From: Negaprion brevirostris
Lineage: Eukaryota
DNA: 64,000 bases
NCBI GenBank assembly: GCA_030324005.1
Contig: JARDVH010000059.1
Span: 74,968,308 to 75,032,307 of the forward strand
Direction of reading: 5' to 3'
The first letter of the stretch is position 1. Each line of letters opens with the position of its first letter. Below, in pieces: positions 12,512 through 24,988 of this stretch. The translations under genes were made by a program, and so were the position numbers. The notes beneath the pieces were generated by a model that saw nothing but the letters and a program-made list of their open reading frames with translations, ran no database searches and was not told where the DNA came from.

Positions 12512-15392
12512 GGGCCAAGATGTTACATTCTGGGATTGGACATACACTCAGCCCTAATGAACATAATATACTTCACAATGACTTTGGGCACGCTTCCTGA
12601 TGTCATGACGCATTTGTGGAATTTTGAGGTTACTGGGCCTGAATCATATGTGCACCTGCCAAAAATTAAAGGACCAGTTATATCCATTAACAAGCCAATA
12701 GACAGTGATCTAACACTGCCCATGTGACTTTTAACTCATTGCACAGGCAAGAAACGTGGGCAGACATCACATTTTTATCGTTTCTTCATCCAAGGGCAGG
12801 ATGAAAGGCCCTCGGAGTTACAGCCCATCTTCTATCATTGTGAGTTTGCCACTGTGTGAGTAGAGTTGTCCCTGACTTTCTTTGAATTTCAGCAGCTTGC
12901 CTGCCTTTCAACATTTCAGGACTTCATTCTTTCTGGAAGGTTATGCTGAGAATTGGAGCACAGTGGTCCCCCATTTACAAGGTACTGCTCCTCTCCATTT
13001 GATCTAATGAGGATAGCATATTCTGCTGGTGGAACCTCCTCAGAAGGGAAACAGAGGGGCAAGAGGGAGAGTGGGTCAGGTGAGCACAGGCAGTGTCCCA
13101 GGGAGAGACTTTTAAGAGGAGAGTTGGTGTAAGACCAATAGGGAAGCCAAGGCAGGAGAGTCCATCAGAGACATCACTACACAGCAGTTAGAATGCACAG
13201 GCATCTAATCAACTAACTCCAAATGTCTGATGTTCAACGCTGCAAGAGGCTCCACCTCTCCAGGGATACAGTGACAGCAACATGCCGCCCAATTGGTTCA
13301 GAAATCGCCTCCACCTGCGTGGGCAGACACCCCATGCAAGTGACTTTGGAGATTCATAATAGTCCTCAACTTCGAGCATCCAGTCCTTTTCAGAGCTCAT
13401 TGGGCAATGTGTATGGTATGTCTCAATCAGGAGATTTAGGTAACAGAAAAGATTTTCACTCAATGAATGTCCACAGGACACAGAACAGATGGAGGAATAC
13501 AAAACCCCTACATCCTTACCAAGCACGAAAGTGATGTACTGGAGCTAGAGTGCCATTGGCCAGCTCATTCCTCTGGCCATGGTGCTTGTTGCTGTGGAGT
13601 TCACATAATGCTTACAACTTGCAGCATTCCCAGGTACCAGGCTGTCTGTAAATCCTGCCCAATTGGATAGATGGTTCCTGGGTGACAAGGGCTTTCCCTT
13701 GAAGAGATGTCTGAGATGATCCCAATCTGTCACCAAGAACTGGAGCAGAAGAGAGGTACAACAGGAGTCATATCTCCACAAGGGAGGTGGTGGAGAGGAC
13801 AGTGGGCTGTTGTATATGCTTGGACTGATCAAGGGGATCATTGCAATCATTGCCCACAGAGACTACAGGCAGTTTGTTGGCCAGCCTGAGGTGTGTTTGC
13901 AACTCCCTGTTCACCATTGATGGGCAGGCATCTAGCAGAGAGGTGAGGTGTCTTATTCATCTCTCAATTATTATAGTCACTATGCATTCTCTGTGGACTG
14001 AGGAGACAATGGAGAGATACTTCATAATGCTATCTGCATTGGAGCTTCAATGGCTACACTGTCTGTGACAGTTCAATTTCAGATGAGAGGACCGCATTAT
14101 GTTTCCAGTACCCATCTGCCATGCACACATCTGTGGCCTCACTCTTACTTTCATCTGAGACCCATGCCTCACCACGGCCAGAGGAGTGAGCTGGTTGATG
14201 GCACTCTAACCCCAGTACATCGCTTTCGTGCTTGGTAAGGATGTAGAGATTTGGTATTCCTCCATCTGTTCTTTGTCCTTCCACAGGATTATGGCTTTTC
14301 TTCTCCTGACAGGGAACTATAGAGAGCTTCATTAATGCTCGTTCTCCCTGAAGACCCATTCTAGCTACCCCAACCCCACCACCTGGGCATTAAGTGGCAC
14401 ATTTCACCCTGCAATGCACTGGGGCCAATTGTGCTAACATCCCAGCCTTGACAGGGCAGGCTTTAGTTACAGTTGACACACACTCACACACTTAAACCTG
14501 TGAACATCCTGAGGAACAATCTGAACACACTTCTCCACACAGGTTCAGCCCATCTCTGCACTTACCTTTGCTGATTGCAGATGATCTTTGAACCTTTCGC
14601 AACACTGAAGGCACATGTGGCACTTCATGCCACACCCACTGACCTGGGCGGTGACCTCTGTCCAGGCTTTTTTGTCAGGAAAGGTGGCCTTTTCTTGCCA
14701 TCCCTGGGTATTAAGATTCGCCATCTGGCACTGACCTCCTTACCCTATAGTTCCAGGCACTCATCTGATAAACAGGCGTGCCCCCCAGACTTGCCCTCCC
14801 ACCTTTCATGGCCACCAGGTGCTGAGGCTACTGCCAGACAAACGGAAATTTCTTAAAGAACAAAACAACAAAGAACAAATACTGCACAGGAACAGGCCCT
14901 TCGGCCCTCCAAGCCTGCACCGATCATGTGTTCCCAACTAGACCATCTGCTTGTATCCCTCTATCCCCAGTTTGTTCATGTGGCTATCTAAATAATCTAT
15001 CTATCTATCTATCTTACTATGGTCGCAGACAGCTGCCTCAGCCTCCCCAACCCCGGCACCCTCCAGGGAACTGCCTCGTCAGATTTTTAACCCCCCCTAC
15101 CCACCAGGTCCCCATTGGACACAATGCCCAACATGTTCCCACCATCTGAATTAATCAAGGGTAAGTGCAGAGATAGCATAGACCAGTTGGAGAGGTGTAA
15201 TCAGTGTCTGTTCCTCAGGACATTCAGAGATCTAAGAATATGGATGTCAACTGTCACTGAAGCAACAGTTGCACTTCAGAGTGGGTGGGTCTTACATGGC
15301 CACCCAGCAAAATATCACATGAACAACGTGGCCTTGGCTGGGAGTGGGTTTGACATTCACTTCCGGCGTATCCCAAGAGTTAAATTCAGGCC
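12512..15392. mobile_element. Decayed PIF/Harbinger DNA transposon: transposase on + (~13200-14000) and Myb/SANT-like ORF on - (~14560-14800)
   Basis: Plus-strand HARBI1-like motifs NRKDFHSMNV (13442) and WFLGDKGFPLKR (13671). Minus-strand LSDECLEL..EVSAR..KKAWTEVTAQVS..QCCERFKDHLQSAK followed by a GTAAGT donor. GGGC../..GCC-type ends are degenerate, so the boundaries are approximate. Confidence 0.8.
14856..15015 (-). mobile_element. CR1 3' end plus (CTAT)n microsatellite inserted in the Harbinger element
   Basis: aagaacaaa tail, cacaggaacaggcccttcggccc signature, CTAT repeats at 14997-15013. Confidence 0.7.
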
Positions 15393-15699
15393 ACGGTTTT
15401 GTTCGAACATAAAGATGGCAGCCTGAGTTGTAATTGCTGAATTTAAACCTTTTTTGAGTCTCCAAAGCTGACAAAGAAGCCCGCAATTACACAGTGTAAT
15501 TAAAACAAATACAATTCCTTGAACCCAGACATTTTGGTACCTTTAAGGAATTAAGTCATAACACAAGTTCCTTACAAACAGCTGCCTTAACTGTTAATTA
15601 TCCCACAAGTAGAAATTCAAACAGAACTATTTAAAATATGGCCAAGATAAAAATCCATAAATGTTATTTCAAACCAATATAAAACCCTGAAAATTAGTG

Positions 15700-17400
15700 G
15701 TATCAAAATCTTAATCCTTTGTCATGGAAAAACACTCCAAGGTATTTCACAACAGTGTGATCTGAAAACAGAACAATGCAAATATAGGGATGTGAGGGGA
15801 GCTGTCTGAAACATTTGTCAAATACATGGACTTTTAAGAAAAGTTTTGGGAAGGAAAGAAATGTGAAGAGACAGCAGGATATAGGGGTTGAATTTCTCAG
15901 TGTGGATCTCGGTAACCGGCCTTTGGTAGGGTGAAGTCAGGGACAATGTGCAAGAGACCAGATTTAGAAGAATGGAAAGTATTTTTGGAGGATTGAGAGG
16001 TGCAGCTTCCAGGCAGATAAACAGGGGGGCAGAGTGCCCACCAGACTTGCCCTCCTGTCTTTCGTGGCCACCTGATGCCAAAAGTTGAGATAAGGGATCT
16101 ATCTACCATTAAGGATGAGCATTTAAAATTTGAGATGTCAGAGAGCCGGGAACTAGCACAGATCAGCAAGGACAGGGGAGATGGGTGAGCCAGACTAGGG
16201 GGAAAGGGTAGGATACAGAGAGTCGAGCTTGAATCTCAATTTTCCAGAGAATGGACTGTGTTTGCTGGCCAGGACANNNNNNNNNNAGTCAGGCTGTGAC
16301 AATGGCTGAGGTTAAGAACTCAGCAGCAAATAGGCTGAGGTAGAACAGCGATGGTTGACTTTAAGGAGATGGAAATAGTCTTTGTAATGATAAGAATATG
16401 AGTTCAGAAGCTGAGCTTAGTCGAGTGGAAGGCTAAAATTGCAAACAATCTGGTTTAGCTTGAAGCAATAGCTGGAGAGGTGGATTGAGCAGAGTTTGCA
16501 TTGGGGGCTAAAGTTAATGGACTTGGTCTTCAGAATGGAATGAATAGTGAATCCATTCTGAAGAATGTGATTCATCAAGATTGATGAATAGCCAACCTAA
16601 CGACACAGATTCAGTTAAGGGGTAATCTGAGGTGGGGGAGAGTTAGAGCTGGGTTCCAAAAGGATAAAAATGTTGCAAAGAGGCAGCAAGTAGATGAGGA
16701 AGAGGAATTGATCTTTGGGTGATTCTAAAGTGANNNNNNNNNNNNNNNNNNNNNNNNNNNNNNNNNNNNNNNNNNNNNNNNNNNNNNNNNNNNNNNNNNN
16801 NNNNNNNNNNNNNNNNNNNNNNNNNNNNNNNNNGAGAGCGACCAGATTGAAACAGAATCGTTAGCTATGATTCAAAATGGAACCAGCCTATTGTAGTCCC
16901 ACTAAACTGTGCAGTAAGGAGAGGCACTGGAAAGAACAGTGTAGTGAAATGCATCAAAGATTGCAGAGAGATCAAGGACAACATAAAGGAGTAATGCAAC
17001 ATGGCAAACTTCATACGGATGTCATTTCAAACTTTCATTGAAACACCTCTGGGGCATGAACAGAAACCTAACTGGAGACATGTCAAAATGGGCAAGAATT
17101 TGGGAGGTGAATAAGTGCTCAAGAGCTTTGGAAAATGAGGCAGCTGGTGCAGAGATTTGCAGGTTCATTTTTCTTGAGAAGATAATGGCAATGGTTTTGA
17201 AAGGGAGAAGAGAGAATTTTTTTTTCTGTATCCGATAGCACAGGGGCCAGGAAGTGAAGTTGGGTGGTCAGTGGTTTAGATGAAATACAGATGAATTGCA
17301 TTGAGGAGATGAACTCAGAAAGGCCATGAGGAGAGATCAAAGAGAAATGACAGAAAAAGGTGATTAAGGGAGTCTTGGGATTGCTTAGTAGGCAAATGAA
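15700..17400 (-). mobile_element. Old L2-like LINE, heavily decayed
   Basis: Purine-rich + strand with antisense L2 hallmarks (gagcatttaaaatttgag, gttgcaaagaggcagcaagtagatgaggaagagg). Confidence 0.5.
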
Positions 17401-17699
17401 TGAGAAAAACATTGAAATAGAAGTCTCTGTCTCATAGATCCATGAGCATTTGTTGTGTATGAAAATCAGTTTTTCCTCATTTCTTTGCTCCTCTCTTCCT
17501 GCAGTTGATCACCCATATTCAGAGCTGTGCTTACAGTCAAACACATTGAGGCACAGGGTCCCACCAGTAGGACAGCCCCTTGCTGGCTGGTGGCTGTGTG
17601 GCCACCAATCAGAGCGTGATAACTCTGCATTTGCTGATAGACTTATTTGTATTTCTTGAGCCTATCGGTAAGCAATACAGTTTCTGATTGGTCGAGTCC

Positions 17700-17908
17700 C
17701 CTCAGAATGTGCGACTCAATTAGAATCATATTTTACTCAATCCCCAAAGAAAATCCTGGGATTTGGATCACGATGTGCACCAGCAACAGATGGGAAGGTG
17801 TGGATGCTGCAACCTGTCAAAAGATTTTAAAAAGACAATTCCAACAATTCAGGCAGCAAAAATTTGTGGCCCATCCATTGCCAATGCTGTGCCTGGTTTC
17901 CATGCCCC
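17700..17908 (+). mobile_element. Possible AcademX-type (XPG/PIN nuclease) DNA transposon fragment
   Basis: Frameshifted DSIRIIFYS..KVWM..KKTIPTIQAAKICGPSIANAVPGFHA resembles the EADTRIILH..IPIH..LG..ALPGFHALTGCD consensus; cut off where the CDV3 retrocopy begins. Confidence 0.4.
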
Positions 17909-18032
17909 TGTCCAGCTTGCTCTGAGCAGCTCTGACCGGCTCCCAGTCCCTCCTTCACCACTGTGTCTCTCTGAACCACTGAGCCAAGATGGCGGTGAGC
18001 GTTTGGCTTCAGCTGACGACTCCCAACCCAGC

Positions 18033-19173
18033 ATGGCCGAACGGATGACAAGAGTCTCAATGATTTCTTCACCAAAAGGAACGAGAAGAATAAGACACAC
18101 AAAATCAAAATAACCAAGGTGGTGCCTCCTGCTGAGCTGGCCAAAGCCGCAGTGTCGATTGAGACCCTCGCTCCACATCCAGTCACGCCCATCACCAGTG
18201 CCGCCGCCATCTCCCTCACATTGATAGCAGGGGCTCCAGTCAAAGTCTCACCTGTATCAGTCCCCAGAGAAAGTGAAGAAGGAGCAGATGGCAAAGGGTG
18301 AATGTCGGGATCCCCAACAGGAGCGGGCCAGGGAGGATGAAGAATGGAAGGAGTTTGACTTGAGCAAAAGGAAGCTGACTTTGAGCAATTCATTGAACAG
18401 TGAGTCAGTCTGGACTGAAAGTCACGGCCATCCCAGATCGGTGACTCAGGGACAGGGTGGTGCAGGAGGGACAGGGAACCGGTCAGAGTCACCCAAAAGG
18501 TGATTAACGTGGCTTGAGAATCCGTGTCTTACAAATCAGTGATGAAAGAGAGGAAGAAGACGATGAGAAGAATTAAAGAGGATGGAAGTGAGAATATCAT
18601 GTCTAGAGAAGGTGACATAAGAACATAAGAAATAGGAGCAGGAGTAGGCAATCTAGCCCCTCGAGCCTTCCCCGCCATTCAATAAGATCATGGCTGATCT
18701 GAAGTGGATAGTTCCACTTTCCCGCTTTCTCCCCATAACCCTTAATTCCCTTGTCTGTCAAAAACCTAACTACCCGTGATTTAAATATATGTAGCGAGGT
18801 AGCCTCCACCACTTCAACGGGCACAGAATTCCAGAGATTCACCACCCTTTGAGTGACAAGACAGTCAGGCCTGGGAACAGAGTAATTCTAGCACCAACAC
18901 ATGTCGCTGACATTGTAGAAACCTCAGAATCAAAACTAGTTGCCATTTATGGACTTCCCGCAGCTGCATCATGTAATGTGAGAGGGACCACCAGAGATTT
19001 ACAATGGTTCACATTTTTATCCCTACAAGCTTCTGCAAAGCGTGTAGAAACCAGAAAAGACAAAGAAATGGAAAAGACCATTGATATGGTGAAATACAAC
19101 AACAGATCCAGAAAGGATAAATCAGTCCATTCAGCTGGAACTTGTTAGCCAGTTTGCTCTTGGGGAGCAGTAA
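18033..19173 (+). pseudogene. cdv3: CDV3 homolog processed pseudogene (frameshifted, two insertions)
   Basis: With frameshifts it reads MAE-DDKSLNDFFTKRNEK, EDEEWKEF-EQKEADF, GLRIRVLQISDEREEEDDEK, GPPEIYN, FLSLQASAKRVETRKDKEMEKTIDMVK, QLELVSQFALGEQ-stop. This is colinear with vertebrate CDV3 as I recall it (MAETEERSLDNFFAKRDKK, DEDEWKELEQKEVDYSGLRVQ, FPSLQSTAKHVESRKDKEMEKSFEVV). No introns. Confidence 0.9.
18618..18852 (-). mobile_element. CR1-clade LINE 3' end inserted in the CDV3 retrocopy
   Basis: Minus-strand VVNLWNSVPVEVVEA..FK..RFL; (CTTATGTT)n tail; GTGACA at both flanks (18612-18617, 18853-18858). Confidence 0.85.
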
Positions 19174-21034
19174 ATGTTGGTGCATATTTTACAGACTGGT
19201 GCTCTGTATTCCATCTCAGGTAGCTAATCTACATAGAGCCCATCTGTCTTCACTCCACAATACCAGAGAGATATTTAATTGACCTGATATAGACTTCTCT
19301 GGGCAAATGAGGCATCTGCAAGGCACCATGGGAATTTGAAGCTTGAAGCACGATGACTGTTGTCATATGTTCTGGACTGGATCTGATAAAGATCATGAAT
19401 GAAGTGTCAGTCACTCATGGAGCAACGTTTTTGGATAAAGGTTAAAAAAGCAGCCATTAAGTGGCCCATTTGTTTATAGTCCTGCTTCCTATTTGAATGT
19501 TGAGCCTTTCAAAGTTGACGAGCTCCCAGACCAGCCAATGGCTGCTTTTATCAACCAATGCTAGTTTATGAAGGAAGAGGTGGGCAGGATCCCAATCAGA
19601 GAGGTCAGCATCCGAGGGACCCTCTTCATCCCACCAAGTAGGACCTGATTTTAACATCAACTTTATTTTGAGTTTTCCTNNNNNNNNNNNNNNNNNNNNN
19701 NNNNNNNNNNNNNNNNNNNNNNNNNNNNNNNNNNNNNNNNNNNNNNNNNNNNNNNNNNNNNNNNNNNNNNNNNNNNNNNNNNNNNNNNNNNNNNNNNNNN
19801 NNNNNNNNNNNNNNNNNNNNNNNNNNNNNNNNNNNNNNNNNNNNNNNNNNNNNNNNNTAATGATATCTAAACACAAGGCTGGCCCTAGACTGGATACAAA
19901 ATGCTCGGACACAATAATTCTAAACGATATCTTATTGCTCGTCACGCCATTCGATCAGCCAGGGAAACCAGTAAGATCACGGGCCTAGTTTCTTACCTCT
20001 CGTGATCTTACCATGATGGCCTCAGCAGTGGTACCTGAGGCCATTGAGGCACTGTCCCTTAGGTACCCTGGCATTGTCAGCCTGACTCTCTGGTAATGCC
20101 TACTGTGCACCATGGCAGTGCCCAATGGGCAAGGGGCAGCGCCAAGAGGCAGGGCCAATGGGAAGGCGATGGGGCCTAAGGGGAGGGGCGGAGCCTGAAG
20201 GGGAGGCAGAGCATGGGAGCTGTGCACTTTGCATCAGGGATTGCTAGGGTGGTGATCAACTGGGGGGATGGAGGTCAACCAGTTGAGGGGGAAGGGGGAT
20301 GCTACGAATGGGGTGGGCAAGGGAGTGACAATCTTCCAATGCACGCACTAGCAGTCCGCAGCCGGCTTCCTGACGTGAAGAGATTCCGTCCACTCCCCCT
20401 TCTGATGAGAATCACATTTTGCTTCTTTTCTTTTCCAAGTGTCATAAGATTTAATGTTTTCTATCGCTCAAAAAATGGGTCGGAATCTCTTGTTTTCACG
20501 TTCATTTGACACTTGGATTTTTTTGATAAGATCATTCCCTGTGTCTTTGCACAAATGGACTCTTTACTGTAACAAGCATCTTCTCAAAATTAAAGTTTTT
20601 CCTTTCGGGAGGATTATGTAAATAATTATATTTGACATGGGAAGCAACAGAATTTGAGTTTAAAGATTTCACATTTTTAACAGAATATGAAATGGATTTT
20701 AACTGTTTTCAAAAATCTGATTTTTTTTTGCACATTACATCATAGCCTGGCTTGAGTTTACACACATGAACGAGCATTTACCAACACAAGTTACTTTTTA
20801 CAAAGCTTTTCAAACTACTTACAAATGTCTAGGTCGTCACATTTCGCAATATTAACTGGAAGCATGAAGTACTGATCTGAGTAGAAAATTCCCATTAATT
20901 TTTAAGAAGTGAATATTAAGACCAATAACTATCTAGCATTTGAAATACAAATGTCATTGGGGACAGGCTGTGAGGTCACTGGAAAGCCCCGAAATGAAGG
21001 TGAGTGTGGGGCCCACAGAGTGTGAATTCATCAT

Positions 21035-21345
21035 GAGCAGCTCAGTGACACAGTGGTTAGCACTGCTGTCTCACAATACCAGGAATCTGGGTTCGATTCC
21101 CAGCTTGGGTCACTGTCTGTGTGGAGTTTGCACATTCTCCCAGTTTTTGCATGGGTTTCCTCCAGGTGCTCTGGTTTCCAAAGATGTGCAGGTTGGGGGG
21201 ATGACCGTGCTAAATTGCCCCTTAGTGCCAGGGGGACTAGCTAGGGTAAATGAATGGGGTTATGGGGATAGGGCCTGGGTGGGATTGTGGTTGTTGCAGA
21301 CTTGATGGGCCAAGCAGCCTCCTTCTGCACTGTGGGACTCTATGC
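21035..21345 (+). mobile_element. HE1-type SINE (tail type A)
   Basis: Same family consensus. Confidence 0.85.
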
Positions 21346-23349
21346 TTCACAGCTCATATTCCATTACAGTGGCAGCACTGGCCTCCATCCAGTCGTTCAT
21401 ACGCACAGCTACTCATTGTACACAAGTACCGATTGTTTGACAATATAAATCAACATGGACGTTCTGACTGCTATCCTATCCTTTTCCCACACTCAAACAC
21501 ACACACCTTCCCACAGTGATCAAATGCCTGGATCTCTGCCACTTCCTCCACAATGTAACCTGACCCCTGGCACTTCAGCCAAGATCAGTTAACTTTACAG
21601 AGACCAGAGGGATCAAACCTTGGACTTCCCTCATCTAAATAGCTCAATGTGAAACTAACAGCACAATTATCCATTGAGGGAGGTATCAGGCAATGGGGAA
21701 GTTTATTCTTTTCATTTTTAACTTAGGTTCTAACATTTAATTTGTGTAGATCTAAACATTTGTTAAGGCTTACAAAAATAATGCTGAGAGTTCTACCCTG
21801 CTCCATATGGTAAAGATTGAAGACAATACATTCAGAAGTGGACTAAACTTCCTGTTACAATCTTAAACTGTTTACATGAACCAGGCATTCACAAGTTCCC
21901 ACACCCATGTCACTTCCTTTAAATTGTATTTCCATTTTACATTCTCTGCTTAATTGTGTTGCATCTTTTTTTAAACCTAGTTCCAAGGAACGGACCCCCT
22001 ATTCACTTACAAAACTCCTTGTTTCAGTAATGACCTAATGGAAGGAGCTATAGTAAACAGCAAACGGAATTACAAAGGTCACCTAATCCCTAATCCCATC
22101 AATTGTTCCAGCTCAGCAACCTTGCTCTTAGAATTCAAGCAGAGGTGTTTACAACAGCTTGTGTAAACAGTTTATCTTTCACATTTCTCCTGCTGTTCTG
22201 TTGAGAAAAGTGGACCGTCTAATATCTTACTCACTGGTATGTGTGTATAAGTGATTGCAATAGCCTACTCAGCGGCAGAGGGTGCCACAAGCAAATCTGA
22301 TGCTGTCGGGTCTCACGTTAACTCACACACTTTCCAACAGAGGTTACTGAACAACAATCAGGAGCAGAAATCTTGACCAATTTGATTGTTGCCAATACTC
22401 AAGTTGATTGTGGTGCTATCATTAATGTCGGAAGCAAGATTAGTTAGCTCAACACAGATCAAACATTGGAACCTTTCTAGTCTGCCTGCCTCAACTGCAT
22501 ACTGGGTAGTAACCCACTGCTGCATGAGGGCATGTTCCGTGTACAGACGTGGCTCCCACGTTTTTCTGATTCTCAACACATCTGGCAACGGAAGTTTCCT
22601 GTGGGAAAAGGGGGATGCTGCACCAACTGTCAGCTTTCAGTGGCCTGTCAATCAAGAATGGAACCAAGCTAGCAGGACTGTGTCATGTAGCAGATTTCCT
22701 GCTGCTTTCATGTCCTGAGAATGGATCCTACTGGCCACAGGCAAAATACTAGAGTCTAATAAAAGGAGCAATGGAAATCAGGCCCACGGGGATTGTGTGA
22801 TGGATGGCATGGTACGCTCCAGACAACTGGTGCCTGAACATTTTAAATGGGATCCCTTACAAAAGAGGCAATTTTAACGTTTTCAGCACTATTTGATTGG
22901 TCACTTTCTGGCTTAACCAATATGAAGTCACCCAATGCACTTATCCCTCAAACTGGTTACCAGCATGCGTCCATTTAACTTTTCTAAATTAGCTAACCTC
23001 ACACTTGCTTGCAGAAACTCCAGGCATCTTAGGATCTTCTCACAACAGTGCATCATACTTCAAGCTCCACTATAGTTCGAGTAGCAAAGTGGGAACACAA
23101 AGATTGAGGGTCCTAACCCTTTCCTAGCTGTGAGCTGTAAGCTGAAGTTGATTGATTCTACTGCTCTAAACAGCATTATTAACAAAACATTCAGATCATC
23201 ACACCTCTCCCACTCAGCCATTATAGACAAGACATTTTACTCATATTATCCAAAAGCATTGGCACTGGTTGGTGTAGTGGGCTCTATCGGGTGAAAGAAA
23301 ATCTAATCGCAGTGTAAGTTTTTTTCCTTAGGTAGGATTCAATCCCATT

Positions 23350-24980
23350 AACAGGTCCAGGCAGCAGGTGACCTAGGGGTTATCTGACCCAACTTCTTGC
23401 CCTTCTACTGTGGTTATATTCGCAGCTGGGTGTACCTGGAGAGGGTGCATGCAGTTGTCCAAGGGCACCATCAAAGCCTTCTTTGCCCTTTGAGCACCAC
23501 AGGGACTGGGATGTATCATCAACCCCATTAACCAAACTTTGATTCAATGTTTAAAGTTTCCTCTCTGCTTTCTTTTTTGTTTTGAGTGATTACCTTCCTT
23601 TTTGGAGGGTTGCTCTTTTTGCTTTGTCCCTCAGTTTGTTTATTTTAGTTTAAAAAAGAATGTAGGATGCAAATGTGTACAGCTAAGAGCTGACTCAGAG
23701 CTCCTGCATTCGCAGTGTGAATTATCTGCACCACAGTAAATTCGTGGCAGAACATCAACAAGCCAAATCTTCCAACCTATTTCACAATGGATGACAAAAC
23801 TATCAGCTTTGGGCCTGGAATTTCTGGACTTACATTCCCCGCAGGAGTCTTTGCTCCTTAGTAGTGCAGGTATATGGTTTCAGCTTTTTGAAGTTTGAAG
23901 CTTTAAAGTCAAAGGGTTACTGTTCACTTTAATGGGTTACTTGGAATGTAAACATGTAACAAACTTGCCCATTATTCTCTGATTAGGTTTTCCCAATTGT
24001 TTTTCCAGCTGCATTCATTGCAACAGGCCAAATAGGCTCAGCCTACAAGATATTCATAAAAGGATGTTATTGCATCACAAAACTGCAAAGGCTTATTTGT
24101 TTTATTTAATGCACACCAGCAGGAGATCTTTCTCCCCCACATGAATTTGCCAAGGCCTTGGTGTGAACTTTAGAGCTTAGGACATCCAAGGCGCCACCAC
24201 CAGAGTTCTGTCCAATGCTGAACAGATGTTTACTGCAAATTGGGTGGATGTGCACTGCAGGTCTATCCTCTCATCCTGCCCTTTATTGTCTCTACTCGCC
24301 TTTCCCTTTGTGTCTTTTCTGAATGCACAGGGTATTGTAGGAAACTGGGCATGGATGGCCCCAGTAAAAGATTGCACAAAGTTTCCTCTGTTCACCATGC
24401 TTACCTATGGAACAGTTCACACTCTGTATCTCTTGCCACAAATGACAAAATGAATGCAGGGCTTGCTCCCACATCCCTTGTTCTTGAATGTTGGACTGAG
24501 CTCCAACTCGTGGGACCAATACTTTCTGAAAGAAGTATTCAGACTTACTTTGCAATGATGTTTGAGGGTATGAATGATAAATACTTTTGGTTGACATTGT
24601 GCTCTGTTTTGCTCTGTTTGACTACTCCTGCTGCTTCCCACCCTTCTCCCTCTGTAACTATTTGCAGCCAGATTCCTAGAGATCCATGTATCATTTGTGA
24701 TGCTTTTGCAATTCTGAGACTTTCCCCTTTTTGGAAAGTCTGATTCCGCTGCTTAAATCTCCTGCAGTAAGTGAAACACTGCAGCAGTCTTGTTTTCCCT
24801 TCCATCACTCTGACAGATCCCACTAGAGAGTGGCAAAAATGCAGGGTGCCCTTTCGAACATGCAGCTGAGAGATTACAGATGTTGAGATTGTATTCCCTC
24901 TGCTTCATTTCATTCAATAGCCCATCCAGCTGCCGTCCCACTTATGGCATTCTTTCTTTCCTGAACTTTAAAATGGTTTT
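23350..24980 (-). mobile_element. Decayed Gypsy-type internal region (gag/pol remnants)
   Basis: Minus-strand RFKQRNQ..GES, a CGKR..NC zinc-knuckle-like stretch, and MGKFV..FKKLK RT-connection-like motifs; very degraded. Confidence 0.45.
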
Positions 24981-24988
24981 ATGACACA

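Noticed and set aside
17827-18492. 221-aa minus-strand ORF
   Set aside because: Antisense shadow of the CDV3 retrocopy; no recognisable domain
22550-22610. Two RBPJ-like sites with an ETS motif
   Set aside because: Orientation and spacing do not fit a paired head-to-head site, and the position next to an old SINE makes a chance match likely
23262-23356. tRNA-like A/B box pattern
   Set aside because: No cloverleaf can be formed; at best a very old SINE head
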